Shown one piece after another: positions 1 to 9,042 of a stretch of 51,728 nt of DNA (within the stretch, counting starts at the first letter, position 1; each line of letters opens with the position of its first letter). The notes under the pieces were generated by a model. The model was not told where the DNA came from, made no database searches, and saw nothing but the letters and a program-made list of their open reading frames with translations. The DNA comes from an uncultured Roseburia sp. Lineage in GTDB: Bacteria; Bacillota; Clostridia; Lachnospirales; Lachnospiraceae. The translations under genes were made by a program, and so were the position numbers. The DNA is taken from assembly GCA_944381595.1 (NCBI GenBank), contig CALWLV010000015.1:1-51728 (forward strand), given 5' to 3'.

Positions 1-104
1 TGTTACTGGACATCTCAATTATACCATAAATCAGTGAGGAGTTGTTTTATTTTGCAACAAAAAGAATCCTGTATTTATGCGGGTTCTGGCGTTTCGCAAA
101 CGCC
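1..104 (-). mobile_element. possible left end of an IS5-like insertion sequence (transposase would lie left of the window)
   Basis: Minus strand reads TTTA|GGCGTTTGCGAAAC...AACCCGCATAAATACAGG...TGGTATAAT. This is a GG-starting terminus followed by an inward extended -10, resembling from memory IS5-family ends in gut clostridia. No transposase or second IR is visible. Confidence 0.3.
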
Positions 105-136
105 TAAATTATAAAATATGGAAAGGAGCATGTATT

Positions 137-1831
137 ATGAAAGAAACGAAACTCATTGCACTATTGTTTATGGTTACATCCATTGCTTTATGTCATGAAA
201 CCCAGACAAAGGCAGAGGAAATCGGATATGCCAGTTCTGATGAGATTTATCAGCAGGGTGGAATTGTAACAGAAAGCAGTGTTCATAACGGTGTAGCAAA
301 ACGTTATTTGTCAGATGTTCAGAATCTTACAAATTTGACGGCAGAAGATGTGCTTTATCAGGGACTAAAGAATGCATCGGAAATAATCGATCTTACCCAA
401 TACAAATTGACCGACGATGATTTGCAGGCATTATTTTCAAAGGTATTGAATGACAATGCTGATTTGTTTTATGTCGGCAATCGTTGGAGTTATTATCCTT
501 CCGGCGGTTATGTAACCCGTGTTCTTCCAACTTATACCATGTCTGGCGATGAACTGGAAGAAGCGAAAAATGTATTTGATAGCGAGATACAGAAAATTCT
601 GAAAGGGGTTAATGATAGCTGGAGTGATTTGGAGAAAGCATTGTATTTCAATGACTATATTTGTACTTATTTTGCTTACGATACCAATTATCAGATTTAC
701 GATGCTTATGGATTTCTGACACAGAAGAAAGGCGTTTGTCAGGCATATACTCTGTTATATGGATATTTGTTGAAACAGGAGGGGATTGAAAGTACAACCG
801 CTAACAGTTCTGCCATGAATCATATATGGAATGTGGTTTCCATTGATGGGAACTGGTACCATGTAGATGTAACATGGAATGATCCATTGCGTAGCTCAAA
901 TGATATACCAGGGTATGCAGGTCATGAAAATTTTCTTAGAAATGATACAGGAATCGGCTCAACCGGACATTATTCCTGGGTGTGCGATGTGACAAGTACG
1001 GATACAAAGTTTGAAAATGCATTTTGGACTTCTGTAACAGATGTCTTTGTGTATGAAGAAAATCAATGGTATTATTTACAGGAAAACAGAAACTCCGCCT
1101 CTATTCATCCATGTGATATCAATGCACTTACGGTAGGCGATAGTCTTTATACGATTACAGATAAGTGGATGGCCTCTGGTGGAAGTTATTGGGTTGGTGC
1201 TTTTTCCGGATTTGGTGGATATGATGGAAAGTTGTATTTTAACACACCAGATTCTATCTACGCATATGATATACAGAATCGTAAAGCATCAGAAATATAT
1301 ACGCCGCCTCTGGGGTCTGATCAGGATTTGTATGGATGTTATCTGATTGATAATGTTATTTACTACTGTGCTTCCACATCTCCAACGAATGCACTTACCG
1401 TTACAGGAACATATGTGATAGATGATTCCGTGGATATTTCAGATTTAACGGTAAAAATTTCAGATACAGAGAATTGGATTATCTGCTCTGGAAATATCAT
1501 TAATGCAGAAAAAGTAGAGAAATACTTAGGAACAACAATTTCTGTATGGAATGGGGATACGCTGGTTCAGGATGACCAGCCGATAGCTACCGGTTATATC
1601 CTTCAGATGGACGGGAAGTCCTACACACTGGTTATAAAAGGTGATGTGAACGGAGATTCACAAAGAAATATTATGGATATGCAGAAGATACAGAGATCGC
1701 TTCTGCAAATAGAAAATTTGTCTGGAGTCAATTATGAAGCTGCAAGAGTCCGTCAGGATAGAGATTCATTGTCGATTCTGGATATGCAACAAATACAAAG
1801 ATATATTTTGCAATTGATTACAATACTTTAG
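137..1831 (+). CDS. secreted transglutaminase-like (Cys-His-Asp) protein with C-terminal dockerin-like domain
   Basis: RBS GAAAGGAG precedes ATG at 137 (track ORF starts at 77). Signal peptide MKETKLIALLFMV...; triad motifs GVCQAY, HIWNVV, YHVDVTW; C-terminal KGDVNGDSQRNIMDM...ILDMQQIQRYIL duplicated-helix motif. Confidence 0.8.
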   Translation: MKETKLIALLFMVTSIALCHETQTKAEEIGYASSDEIYQQGGIVTESSVHNGVAKRYLSDVQNLTNLTAEDVLYQGLKNASEIIDLTQYKLTDDDLQALFSKVLNDNADLFYVGNRWSYYPSGGYVTRVLPTYTMSGDELEEAKNVFDSEIQKILKGVNDSWSDLEKALYFNDYICTYFAYDTNYQIYDAYGFLTQKKGVCQAYTLLYGYLLKQEGIESTTANSSAMNHIWNVVSIDGNWYHVDVTWNDPLRSSNDIPGYAGHENFLRNDTGIGSTGHYSWVCDVTSTDTKFENAFWTSVTDVFVYEENQWYYLQENRNSASIHPCDINALTVGDSLYTITDKWMASGGSYWVGAFSGFGGYDGKLYFNTPDSIYAYDIQNRKASEIYTPPLGSDQDLYGCYLIDNVIYYCASTSPTNALTVTGTYVIDDSVDISDLTVKISDTENWIICSGNIINAEKVEKYLGTTISVWNGDTLVQDDQPIATGYILQMDGKSYTLVIKGDVNGDSQRNIMDMQKIQRSLLQIENLSGVNYEAARVRQDRDSLSILDMQQIQRYILQLITIL

Positions 1832-1844
1832 ACAGAACCATAAC

Positions 1845-1896
1845 AAAAGCCTCAGGGAGACATCTTCTTTATGAAGTGCCTGCCCTAAGGCTTTTT
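1845..1896. terminator. intrinsic terminator between convergent genes
   Basis: AAAAGCCTCAGGG...CCCTAAGGCTTTT hairpin with A/T runs on both sides, between the stops at 1831 (+) and 1899 (-). Confidence 0.75.
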
Positions 1897-1920
1897 ATTT
1901 AATCATCTGATATTATACTT
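1845..1920. repeat. direct repeat copy 1 (terminator hairpin plus gene 3' end)
   Basis: 76 bp, 69/76 identical by manual alignment to 2538-2613 (offset 693 bp). Weaker similarity continues about 15 bp further. Confidence 0.95.
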
Positions 1921-2450
1921 TGTCTTTTCTCTTCGACACCTTCCCGATACCAGCTCCATTCCTCTTTCGGAATATCCAGAAAATCACAGGTTTCTTCATA
2001 AGTCATTCCCTTTTTTTTCATCACAATGCTTATTATATCAATGCGCATTTGTACTCTTCCTTCTTCCCTGGCTTCCTCCCGGATAGCGTTCTCATATACT
2101 GCTCTATTAATAATCTCGCCGATTTTAACAAGATCGCTGTCACTTGTAAAATCAAATTTTACGGAACCAAGGCCACTGAAATGCATTTCAACCCTGTCCA
2201 CACCGAACAAATCGGATGTTCCAACTGAGAGAATTTTTGAATAGGGAAGTGATGTAAAGTCTTTTTTCTTTCCAGTTAAACCCTGCGCATTTACGGATAT
2301 CACACGCTTACTGGTAAATACAACATAGTCATCAATGCCTTTATAGCTGCCAATCAGCTCTTCGCCAGGTATCAATAAATCATTGATATCATTTGGTGTT
2401 TCTCCTATCTTCTTTAGTTTAACATAAGTTCCGTTTTTGAAATCAATCAT
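1899..2450 (-). CDS. bacterial PH-domain protein (bPH_1/YvbH-like) with an Rpn/PD-(D/E)XK-type C-terminal tail
   Basis: aa 1-119 carry the bPH motif DYVVFTSKRVISVNAQGLTGKKKDFTSLPYSKI. aa 120-170 (AIREEAREEGR...MKKKGMTYEETCDFLDIPKEE) resemble Rpn-family C-termini. RBS AAGGAG upstream. Confidence 0.75.
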   Translation of the reverse strand: MIDFKNGTYVKLKKIGETPNDINDLLIPGEELIGSYKGIDDYVVFTSKRVISVNAQGLTGKKKDFTSLPYSKILSVGTSDLFGVDRVEMHFSGLGSVKFDFTSDSDLVKIGEIINRAVYENAIREEAREEGRVQMRIDIISIVMKKKGMTYEETCDFLDIPKEEWSWYREGVEEKRQSIISDD

Positions 2451-2504
2451 TTCATATTTCTCCTTACTGTATTCCCCTTATTTTTTAAGGATTTTAGTAA
2501 TTTA

Positions 2505-2533
2505 ATTATATCATATGGAGCAAAGTGAGACAA
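2505..2533 (-). promoter_or_regulatory. sigma-A promoter of the PH-domain gene
   Basis: TTGTCT-17-TATAAT with extended TG. Confidence 0.7.
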
Positions 2534-2537
2534 TAAA

Positions 2538-2613
2538 AAAAGCCTCAGGAAGGCAACTTCTTTACAAAGTGCCTGCCCTAAGGCTTTTTACTTTATCATC
2601 TGATATTATACTT
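2538..2613. repeat. direct repeat copy 2; contains terminator and stop codon of the large surface-protein gene
   Basis: Minus strand AAGCCTTAGG...CCTGAGGCTTTTTTT hairpin with U-tract. Overlaps the stop at 2606. Confidence 0.95.
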
Positions 2614-5600
2614 CTTCTTTTTTCTCTTTCTTCGGAAAAGCCAATATGAGGATAATCAGTGAAAGGATACAAATCAGTACAAGGTGACTAATATTTGCAC
2701 GATCTCCTGTAAATATCTGTTCTCCGTTACTTCCCTTGTTTCCACCGGACTGGGAAGAATTATTTCCGGATTCCCCTGCTGTGCCTGAATTTTGAGACTG
2801 ATTCTCGTTTGTAGTTTGCTGTTCATCCTGATTTTCTCCTGTTTCAGAACTTTGCTCTTCATCAGAACCAGGCGTATTCTCTGAGCCTTGCTCCGGATCT
2901 GTCAGACTTCTCCATTGAGCAGTCAGAATCAAGTCTCCGATATCATCCTTTAATTCGGTTATCTGATTTCCCTGCTCATCAAACCAGCCTAGGAACTCAT
3001 ATCCTTCTTTCTCTGCCGGTTTCAAAACAATTTCAGATTCTACCGTATAAACATCTGGATTTTCTGGATTTTCACCATTCTGATAGGTCAACGTATATTC
3101 AATTGGAACAAATTGAGCTGTCAGCACAACATCCATCTGTGGCATTACGAAACAGTACATATCTTCTGTCACCTGAATCCAGTTCTGTTCCTCTCTTGCC
3201 CGATAGGAAATGCTCTCCAGTCGATATCCTCTGTCCGGAGAAACATGTACAAACACATAACGTCCCGGATATTCCTCTTCCTCATATATTTCCAGTGTAC
3301 CATGACTAATCTCTTCTGTCTGTATCGAAATCTTATATAATGTCTGAGGTTCTTCCGTTTTCTCCCAATGTGCCACCAGAATCAGATTTCCTATTCTTCC
3401 TTCGATTACAGAAATCTCCTCTTCTCTGACAGATTCATATCCAAGATCTGGATCTGGAAGTACAATGGTCCAACCGGTAAATTTATTTCCCGCTTTTACC
3501 GGATCCTGAAGTTCAATCACATCATTGACCTTATAAGTAGTCGGATTCGGATTCTCAGCATCCTCCATATTCAAATAAGTAATGGTATACTCCATTTCAG
3601 AAAATTCACCGGTAATATTTATATCATATGCCGGCATTAAAAATGCATACTGATATGGACTCTGCTGATCCTCTGACGGTGTCTTCTTGTTGGTATATAC
3701 ACCGCCATATTCATCCTCATAACTATAGGTTACACTCTCAAATCGAATTCCTGCCTGCTCCGTTACCACAATGGATAACATTTCTCCCGGAATTCCCTCT
3801 GTTACTTCTGCTCCTGCGGCATCCACAACTTTAACATAAGGCTTGATTTCTTCTGCTATTGTAATCGGATACGTTTCTACTTCATTCCATGTTGCTACCA
3901 AAATCAAATCACTATCGTATACACCCGTTGGTATGGTTGTAATGATGGGCTGATCCGGATCTCCAAGGACATACCATCCTGCGAAAGTATGATATTTATC
4001 CTTTTGTGGTGCCGGATTTAACCGGAATTCCTCTGTTGTAGCATTAAATGTATATCGAGTCGGATTACCTTCAGTTTCTACCGGAGTAATCACCGAACCG
4101 TCACTGTCATGATATGAAATGGTGAAATCCGGTGCCTGAATATGTACGGTAATATACACGTTTGATGCAGGCATCTGGAAAGAAAATCCATGTTCATCCA
4201 CTGGAGAATCTGTCACTTCCAGAGCAGCACCCTGACTGTCTACCACATCTACAGCAGTAATCTTATATCCTGTCTTAGCTGTGATATTTGCAGTGGTTTC
4301 ATCTGTCCTGTCTGCAAAATTCACTGTCTTATAAGACACTCCATTTTCTGTTTCTATTTTTTCAAATTCAATCGGCTGTTGGCGGAAAAACATTTCAAAT
4401 GATGCATACTGTTGGATATCTACTGCACTTTCCACACCCTGTTGATCTGTGTACAATGCATTTACATAGATGAAATAACCTACTGTTTTATAGGTTGCAG
4501 TCACTGTTGTATTTCTATCTGCAGTAAATTCCGGACGGCTTCCCACAGGGTACACCTGCCCATCCAGCATCCAGCCGGTAAATACTTTCTCCTGCGTATC
4601 CTGTGGATCTGCCGGATACATATTTTCCGTAATTCTGGTTCCTAAATCTACATACATATCATCCTGCAGTGTATTTCCTTCATCATCTACAAAGGATACT
4701 TTGCAAATCCATTTTGCATATAGAGTAATCACTTCGTTCACAGTCTCTGATGAAACCTCTGTTACTCTTGTTCCCTCTGCAAAATCTGCACTGGTGTACC
4801 AGCCATCAAAAATACGGTCTTCCCATTCCGGATCGGACAATTCCACTGTTGTTCCACAGACAGCACTGGTTGGATTTTCATTGACAATGTCACTCTGCGA
4901 AACATTTTCATACTGTATCTGATAACTTCCTATTTCATAACTGAATGTAATCGTATAGTCCTGTGCAGGCATAGTAAACCGATACAAATAGGTTCCATCC
5001 GACTCTCTGCTCAGACTTCCTGTCTGACCACCAGCCGTACGATAAGAAACATTGGTGCAAAACTCCGGCACACCACTGATTCTGATATCCACTGTTTTTG
5101 TCTGCTTTATCTCCAACACACTACCCGGAACCAATGTCTGGTAGGTGCCGTTATTGATTCTGTATTCATATTGCACACCCTGCAAATCTCCATCCACAAC
5201 CAACGACCTGGTCGGAAGTATCTCCGATGGAAGCCAGAAATACAGACACTTCTTTTCATCCGGGCTGGCTCCAAAATATTTTGCACCATATCCGGCAAAA
5301 ACATACTCTGTATTTTCATTGATTGGAATCGTAAACCGCAGATAATCATTCAGTGTCGCATCCGAACCTTCATTGACTGTATCGTACTCCTGTTCTCCAC
5401 CATCTACATTTTCCAACGGATAGATTTCCTGATAAACAAGTGTGCCGTTATTTTCCTCTGCTGCTTCCTGAATATGGAACACATATGGATGAAGTTCCTG
5501 TCCGGCACTGTTTACAGCATTGCCAAATTCATATCCTTCCTGTGCCGGTCTTAAATCTACGTTTCCACCGTCAATCACTACTGTTCCCTGATTGAAACCA

Positions 5601-6649
5601 TTTCCTGCTATTGCTCCTGTTCCAAGGCAGGCACCAAGGGCATTATCACCCATATCTACATAGACTGAACCACTGGATATCTCAATATTTCCGGAGGATA
5701 ATACCTGAATGGCGTCTGTTCTTCCATTCTCCGGAGTCAGACTGCCAGAGGACATGGCATTTTTTCTTCGATAATTAAAAGTACTGTCTTCACTGGCTCC
5801 TGCACCAATTCCAGGTCCAAATCCATTTCCTTCAATCAGAATCACTGCACCGGAATTCACCTGAATATTACCACTTCCGCACTTCAATGTAGAATCCGCT
5901 TTCAACTCTTGCTGGCCATGTTGATAATATCCAAGGTCAGGTCCTAAATAATATCTGGTTCCGCTTCCCGGTTTATAACGGAATTCTTCTCCCATCTGTC
6001 CCAACTCACCGGATCCAATTGCAGCACCATAACTTCCTTCTGCTGTAATCAAAGTAAGGCTATCTTCCGGCTGTCCATCTCCACTAAAAATCACATCCAC
6101 ATTCCGAATAACATTTTCTTCCCGAAAACGCAGAGATTCTTCGGTCTGATTGGAGTTATGATCATAGGTTCTGACAGTATATTCCATCCGGTCTGCCTGA
6201 ATCAAAGGACTTTTTGCACCCGGATATGTACTTACGATTCGATTTTCACCTCTGATATGTATTTCAAAATTTCCCTGATAACTGCTTGTTTGATCTTCGT
6301 CTGCAGTTAACTTAATAGCAGGAATATCCGAAGTAAGAGTAATATCTACTCCCTCCAGTATAATATGTGCAGGATCACTTCCGTTTCCGCTATATTTAAG
6401 CAGATACGTCTCCGTGGTAGATCCTGTAATCTTATACCACTTTCCCGGTTCAACGGTTTGCTCCTGAGTATAATCCGCCCTTAATACGATCGGATTTCCC
6501 TGACTTCCACTTTCATTTGCTGCATCCACTTTTGGCATGGCAACCAGACCTACGATTACCGCCACTGCCACTAATACCATTGCAGATATCAGTGTCGCAG
6601 TTTTTCCTGGATGTATTCTGTTTCGTATCTTTTTTAACTTATCCCGCAT
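2606..6649 (-). CDS. large cell-surface protein with InlB B-repeat (Flg_new / Flg_new_2) domains and C-terminal sorting-like signal
   Basis: GGAGG precedes ATG at 6649 (track start 6694). N-terminal hydrophobic signal; Gly-rich GAAIGSG/GPGIGAG repeats; repeated F.GW...L.A.W and F.MP..D..IT motifs; S/N/Q/G linker; then IFTGD, a hydrophobic helix and KKEKK. Confidence 0.8.
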   Translation of the reverse strand: MRDKLKKIRNRIHPGKTATLISAMVLVAVAVIVGLVAMPKVDAANESGSQGNPIVLRADYTQEQTVEPGKWYKITGSTTETYLLKYSGNGSDPAHIILEGVDITLTSDIPAIKLTADEDQTSSYQGNFEIHIRGENRIVSTYPGAKSPLIQADRMEYTVRTYDHNSNQTEESLRFREENVIRNVDVIFSGDGQPEDSLTLITAEGSYGAAIGSGELGQMGEEFRYKPGSGTRYYLGPDLGYYQHGQQELKADSTLKCGSGNIQVNSGAVILIEGNGFGPGIGAGASEDSTFNYRRKNAMSSGSLTPENGRTDAIQVLSSGNIEISSGSVYVDMGDNALGACLGTGAIAGNGFNQGTVVIDGGNVDLRPAQEGYEFGNAVNSAGQELHPYVFHIQEAAEENNGTLVYQEIYPLENVDGGEQEYDTVNEGSDATLNDYLRFTIPINENTEYVFAGYGAKYFGASPDEKKCLYFWLPSEILPTRSLVVDGDLQGVQYEYRINNGTYQTLVPGSVLEIKQTKTVDIRISGVPEFCTNVSYRTAGGQTGSLSRESDGTYLYRFTMPAQDYTITFSYEIGSYQIQYENVSQSDIVNENPTSAVCGTTVELSDPEWEDRIFDGWYTSADFAEGTRVTEVSSETVNEVITLYAKWICKVSFVDDEGNTLQDDMYVDLGTRITENMYPADPQDTQEKVFTGWMLDGQVYPVGSRPEFTADRNTTVTATYKTVGYFIYVNALYTDQQGVESAVDIQQYASFEMFFRQQPIEFEKIETENGVSYKTVNFADRTDETTANITAKTGYKITAVDVVDSQGAALEVTDSPVDEHGFSFQMPASNVYITVHIQAPDFTISYHDSDGSVITPVETEGNPTRYTFNATTEEFRLNPAPQKDKYHTFAGWYVLGDPDQPIITTIPTGVYDSDLILVATWNEVETYPITIAEEIKPYVKVVDAAGAEVTEGIPGEMLSIVVTEQAGIRFESVTYSYEDEYGGVYTNKKTPSEDQQSPYQYAFLMPAYDINITGEFSEMEYTITYLNMEDAENPNPTTYKVNDVIELQDPVKAGNKFTGWTIVLPDPDLGYESVREEEISVIEGRIGNLILVAHWEKTEEPQTLYKISIQTEEISHGTLEIYEEEEYPGRYVFVHVSPDRGYRLESISYRAREEQNWIQVTEDMYCFVMPQMDVVLTAQFVPIEYTLTYQNGENPENPDVYTVESEIVLKPAEKEGYEFLGWFDEQGNQITELKDDIGDLILTAQWRSLTDPEQGSENTPGSDEEQSSETGENQDEQQTTNENQSQNSGTAGESGNNSSQSGGNKGSNGEQIFTGDRANISHLVLICILSLIILILAFPKKEKKEEV

Positions 6650-6730
6650 ATCCAACGCCTCCGTACCTATAAGATTACTATTATTATAACTCATTTATCA
6701 GAGATTCACAATGGAAAACAATAAAAAAAC

Positions 6731-7762
6731 TTAAAAATAATAGGGTGGCAATAGCATCGAAATGTATTTTAACTGAGGAAACAAGGTATTCAAATTGATA
6801 AATACATGACAGAACATAAGGGACGCCAGAAAGAATACAGGTATCATGGCAGCAAACATGGCACGGTTTGGAATGATATAATGAAATACCATACAGGAAA
6901 CAACCACAAGCAGAATATATCCTGCCATATGCAGCCATTCCTGGCCATTTCCCATATACCTGCCAGAACAAATCAGACATCCCATTCCCATCATTGCCGT
7001 AACAAACACCGGAATAAACACTTCCACCACTCCAGCAGCTACTGTCTGAACTCCTGTAAACCTTGAAAATGCTCCACTATCTCTGTCCCTGCGGAACAAA
7101 ATCACACCACAAAGTCCTGAAAGAAAAATAAATACTGCTACCATTCCATCAATCATAGGCGATAAATAATCATATATCGTTTTTGTTCCGCTTCTGTCTA
7201 TGACTCCTCCTTTATATACCGCAGAAAATGTACTTCCATTGGTGAGATATTTCTGATAATATTCTTCCAGACTTTCTTCTGCTTCCTCTTCTTTTCCTTC
7301 AAAATAACCTGTTTCATAACAATCCTGGAGCAGGTGCTCGTATGCATATTCCTGAAGCACATAAGAAAATACCATCTCGTTTGTGAGCATCGGTATCACA
7401 CTTTTTGGAGTGGAAATAACAGTAACTGTCTCCTCCAGTTCTCCTGTCCGAAGTTTTTCATCAAAGTCCTCTTCAAACACATAACCGGCATATATTCTGG
7501 AAGCCTGTACATCCTCGCGCATCTTCTTCTCATCATCATATGATACAAATCTGACCAGGCCCTCATGGTCACATAATCGCTCTAACACCTTGCTTTCCGC
7601 CTGCCGTTCCATAACACCCACTGTGAAATCCAATTCAAAATGACTCGCTCCATAAACGATGAATGCAGTGATGCCAGCCATGCATAGTAAAATCAGATAA
7701 AGAGATGGTTTCTTCATCTGCCGTTTCAGGAGCAGGAGAAACCATGTAAAAATCTTTTTCAT
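6731..7762 (-). CDS. ABC-2 type transporter permease
   Basis: Start MKKIFTWF at 7762 overlaps the upstream stop (ATGA). One N-terminal TM, an extracellular domain and several C-terminal TMs. Confidence 0.8.
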   Translation of the reverse strand: MKKIFTWFLLLLKRQMKKPSLYLILLCMAGITAFIVYGASHFELDFTVGVMERQAESKVLERLCDHEGLVRFVSYDDEKKMREDVQASRIYAGYVFEEDFDEKLRTGELEETVTVISTPKSVIPMLTNEMVFSYVLQEYAYEHLLQDCYETGYFEGKEEEAEESLEEYYQKYLTNGSTFSAVYKGGVIDRSGTKTIYDYLSPMIDGMVAVFIFLSGLCGVILFRRDRDSGAFSRFTGVQTVAAGVVEVFIPVFVTAMMGMGCLICSGRYMGNGQEWLHMAGYILLVVVSCMVFHYIIPNRAMFAAMIPVFFLASLMFCHVFINLNTLFPQLKYISMLLPPYYF

Positions 7763-9042
7763 TTTGCTCTCCTCCTCTCCGGCATACGATTCCCATAGGT
7801 TTTTCTTTCCATCCATGCAGCTGCCAGGATGAAAATCACAGATTCCAATAACATAATACAGAATTCATCTACGGCTGTTTCACCGGAAAATACAGAAAGA
7901 AAACTCTTCTTCATACCATCTGCCAATGTAAATTTTCCCCATGCTGCCAATGCTTTGGGTAAAAGCAAGGTCGGAATCAGACATCCTGTTACCACTCCCT
8001 GAAACAAACCAGTTAAAAATAAAAACATAACTTGTCCAAAAATGGAACGTATCCATCTGCATACAAACAAAGCATAGGCTCCGTTCAATAAGCCCACTGG
8101 AATAATCGTCACCACAAGGCTCCATATTTGCAAGAGTGAGATGTCTTTCATCCATACAGCTCCGGTCAATTTTCCCACCGTACATACACCGCCAAACAAT
8201 ACACCAATCAACAGATAAACACTTACAATGGGAATCAATTCTGCGACCACCTGTTTGATATGACCGGTACCCGACCGGAACAACATCGCAGATATATTGT
8301 CTTTCTTTGATTTACCCACAAACAACAGCATAATTGGTAAGAAAAGAGAAAACAAAACCAGACTTCCACAGAGATAATATAGGGACATTGGAATCTCTCC
8401 GGTTGCGGATACCGTCTCTTCCTGATAGATAAATTCACGGCCCAGCACGGATTTGATATAATCCACATTCATCCGTTCTATGGCTCCATCCTTATACTCA
8501 TATACATCATATTCATCATATAAATCATAGATACTGTAAATGGCCGCTTGTGTTACACTCAGCATACGCACCGCTGCATCTGCAAATTCTTTAAAAATCG
8601 CAGCTTCATATCCGGAATGATCCGGAAAAACAACTTCTATCGGTACATTCTCACCATTCATGATACCGGATATGGTTTTTTCCCTCACAATCATCAATAC
8701 GGATATCTTTTGTTCTTCCAGCAGTCTGAGTCCCTCTTCCTCCTCCACATATTGAATATTCAAAAGTGCATCCACACTATTGATATTTTTTATCATACTT
8801 TTCACAAAATTTACTGCTCTGGATTTATCCTGAATGGCTATTGCTGCAGAAATTTTACTTTCTCCGGATTCCTGTGACAAATCCTGCACATCTTCCACCG
8901 TCATAGTTTGCATCAGATACTGACCAGACACTGCCATTGCTCCCACAACAAACACAAGTATGAGTATAGCCGTAACAATTCCGGGCAAGGCCTTTCCATA
9001 TCGCTTGAACTCCAACAGGAGCAACATTCTCCATCTTTTCAT
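7759..9042 (-). CDS. ABC-2 type transporter permease
   Basis: Same TM-ECD-multi-TM topology; ATGA-coupled to the ATPase gene. Confidence 0.8.
   Translation of the reverse strand: MKRWRMLLLLEFKRYGKALPGIVTAILILVFVVGAMAVSGQYLMQTMTVEDVQDLSQESGESKISAAIAIQDKSRAVNFVKSMIKNINSVDALLNIQYVEEEEGLRLLEEQKISVLMIVREKTISGIMNGENVPIEVVFPDHSGYEAAIFKEFADAAVRMLSVTQAAIYSIYDLYDEYDVYEYKDGAIERMNVDYIKSVLGREFIYQEETVSATGEIPMSLYYLCGSLVLFSLFLPIMLLFVGKSKKDNISAMLFRSGTGHIKQVVAELIPIVSVYLLIGVLFGGVCTVGKLTGAVWMKDISLLQIWSLVVTIIPVGLLNGAYALFVCRWIRSIFGQVMFLFLTGLFQGVVTGCLIPTLLLPKALAAWGKFTLADGMKKSFLSVFSGETAVDEFCIMLLESVIFILAAAWMERKTYGNRMPERRRAK

Noticed and set aside
1845-2613. CRISPR array or c-di-GMP riboswitch reading of the repeat
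   Set aside because: Only two copies with a gene between them and no cas genes. The sequence lacks the riboswitch GCAAAC/GAAA features and sits 3' of genes.
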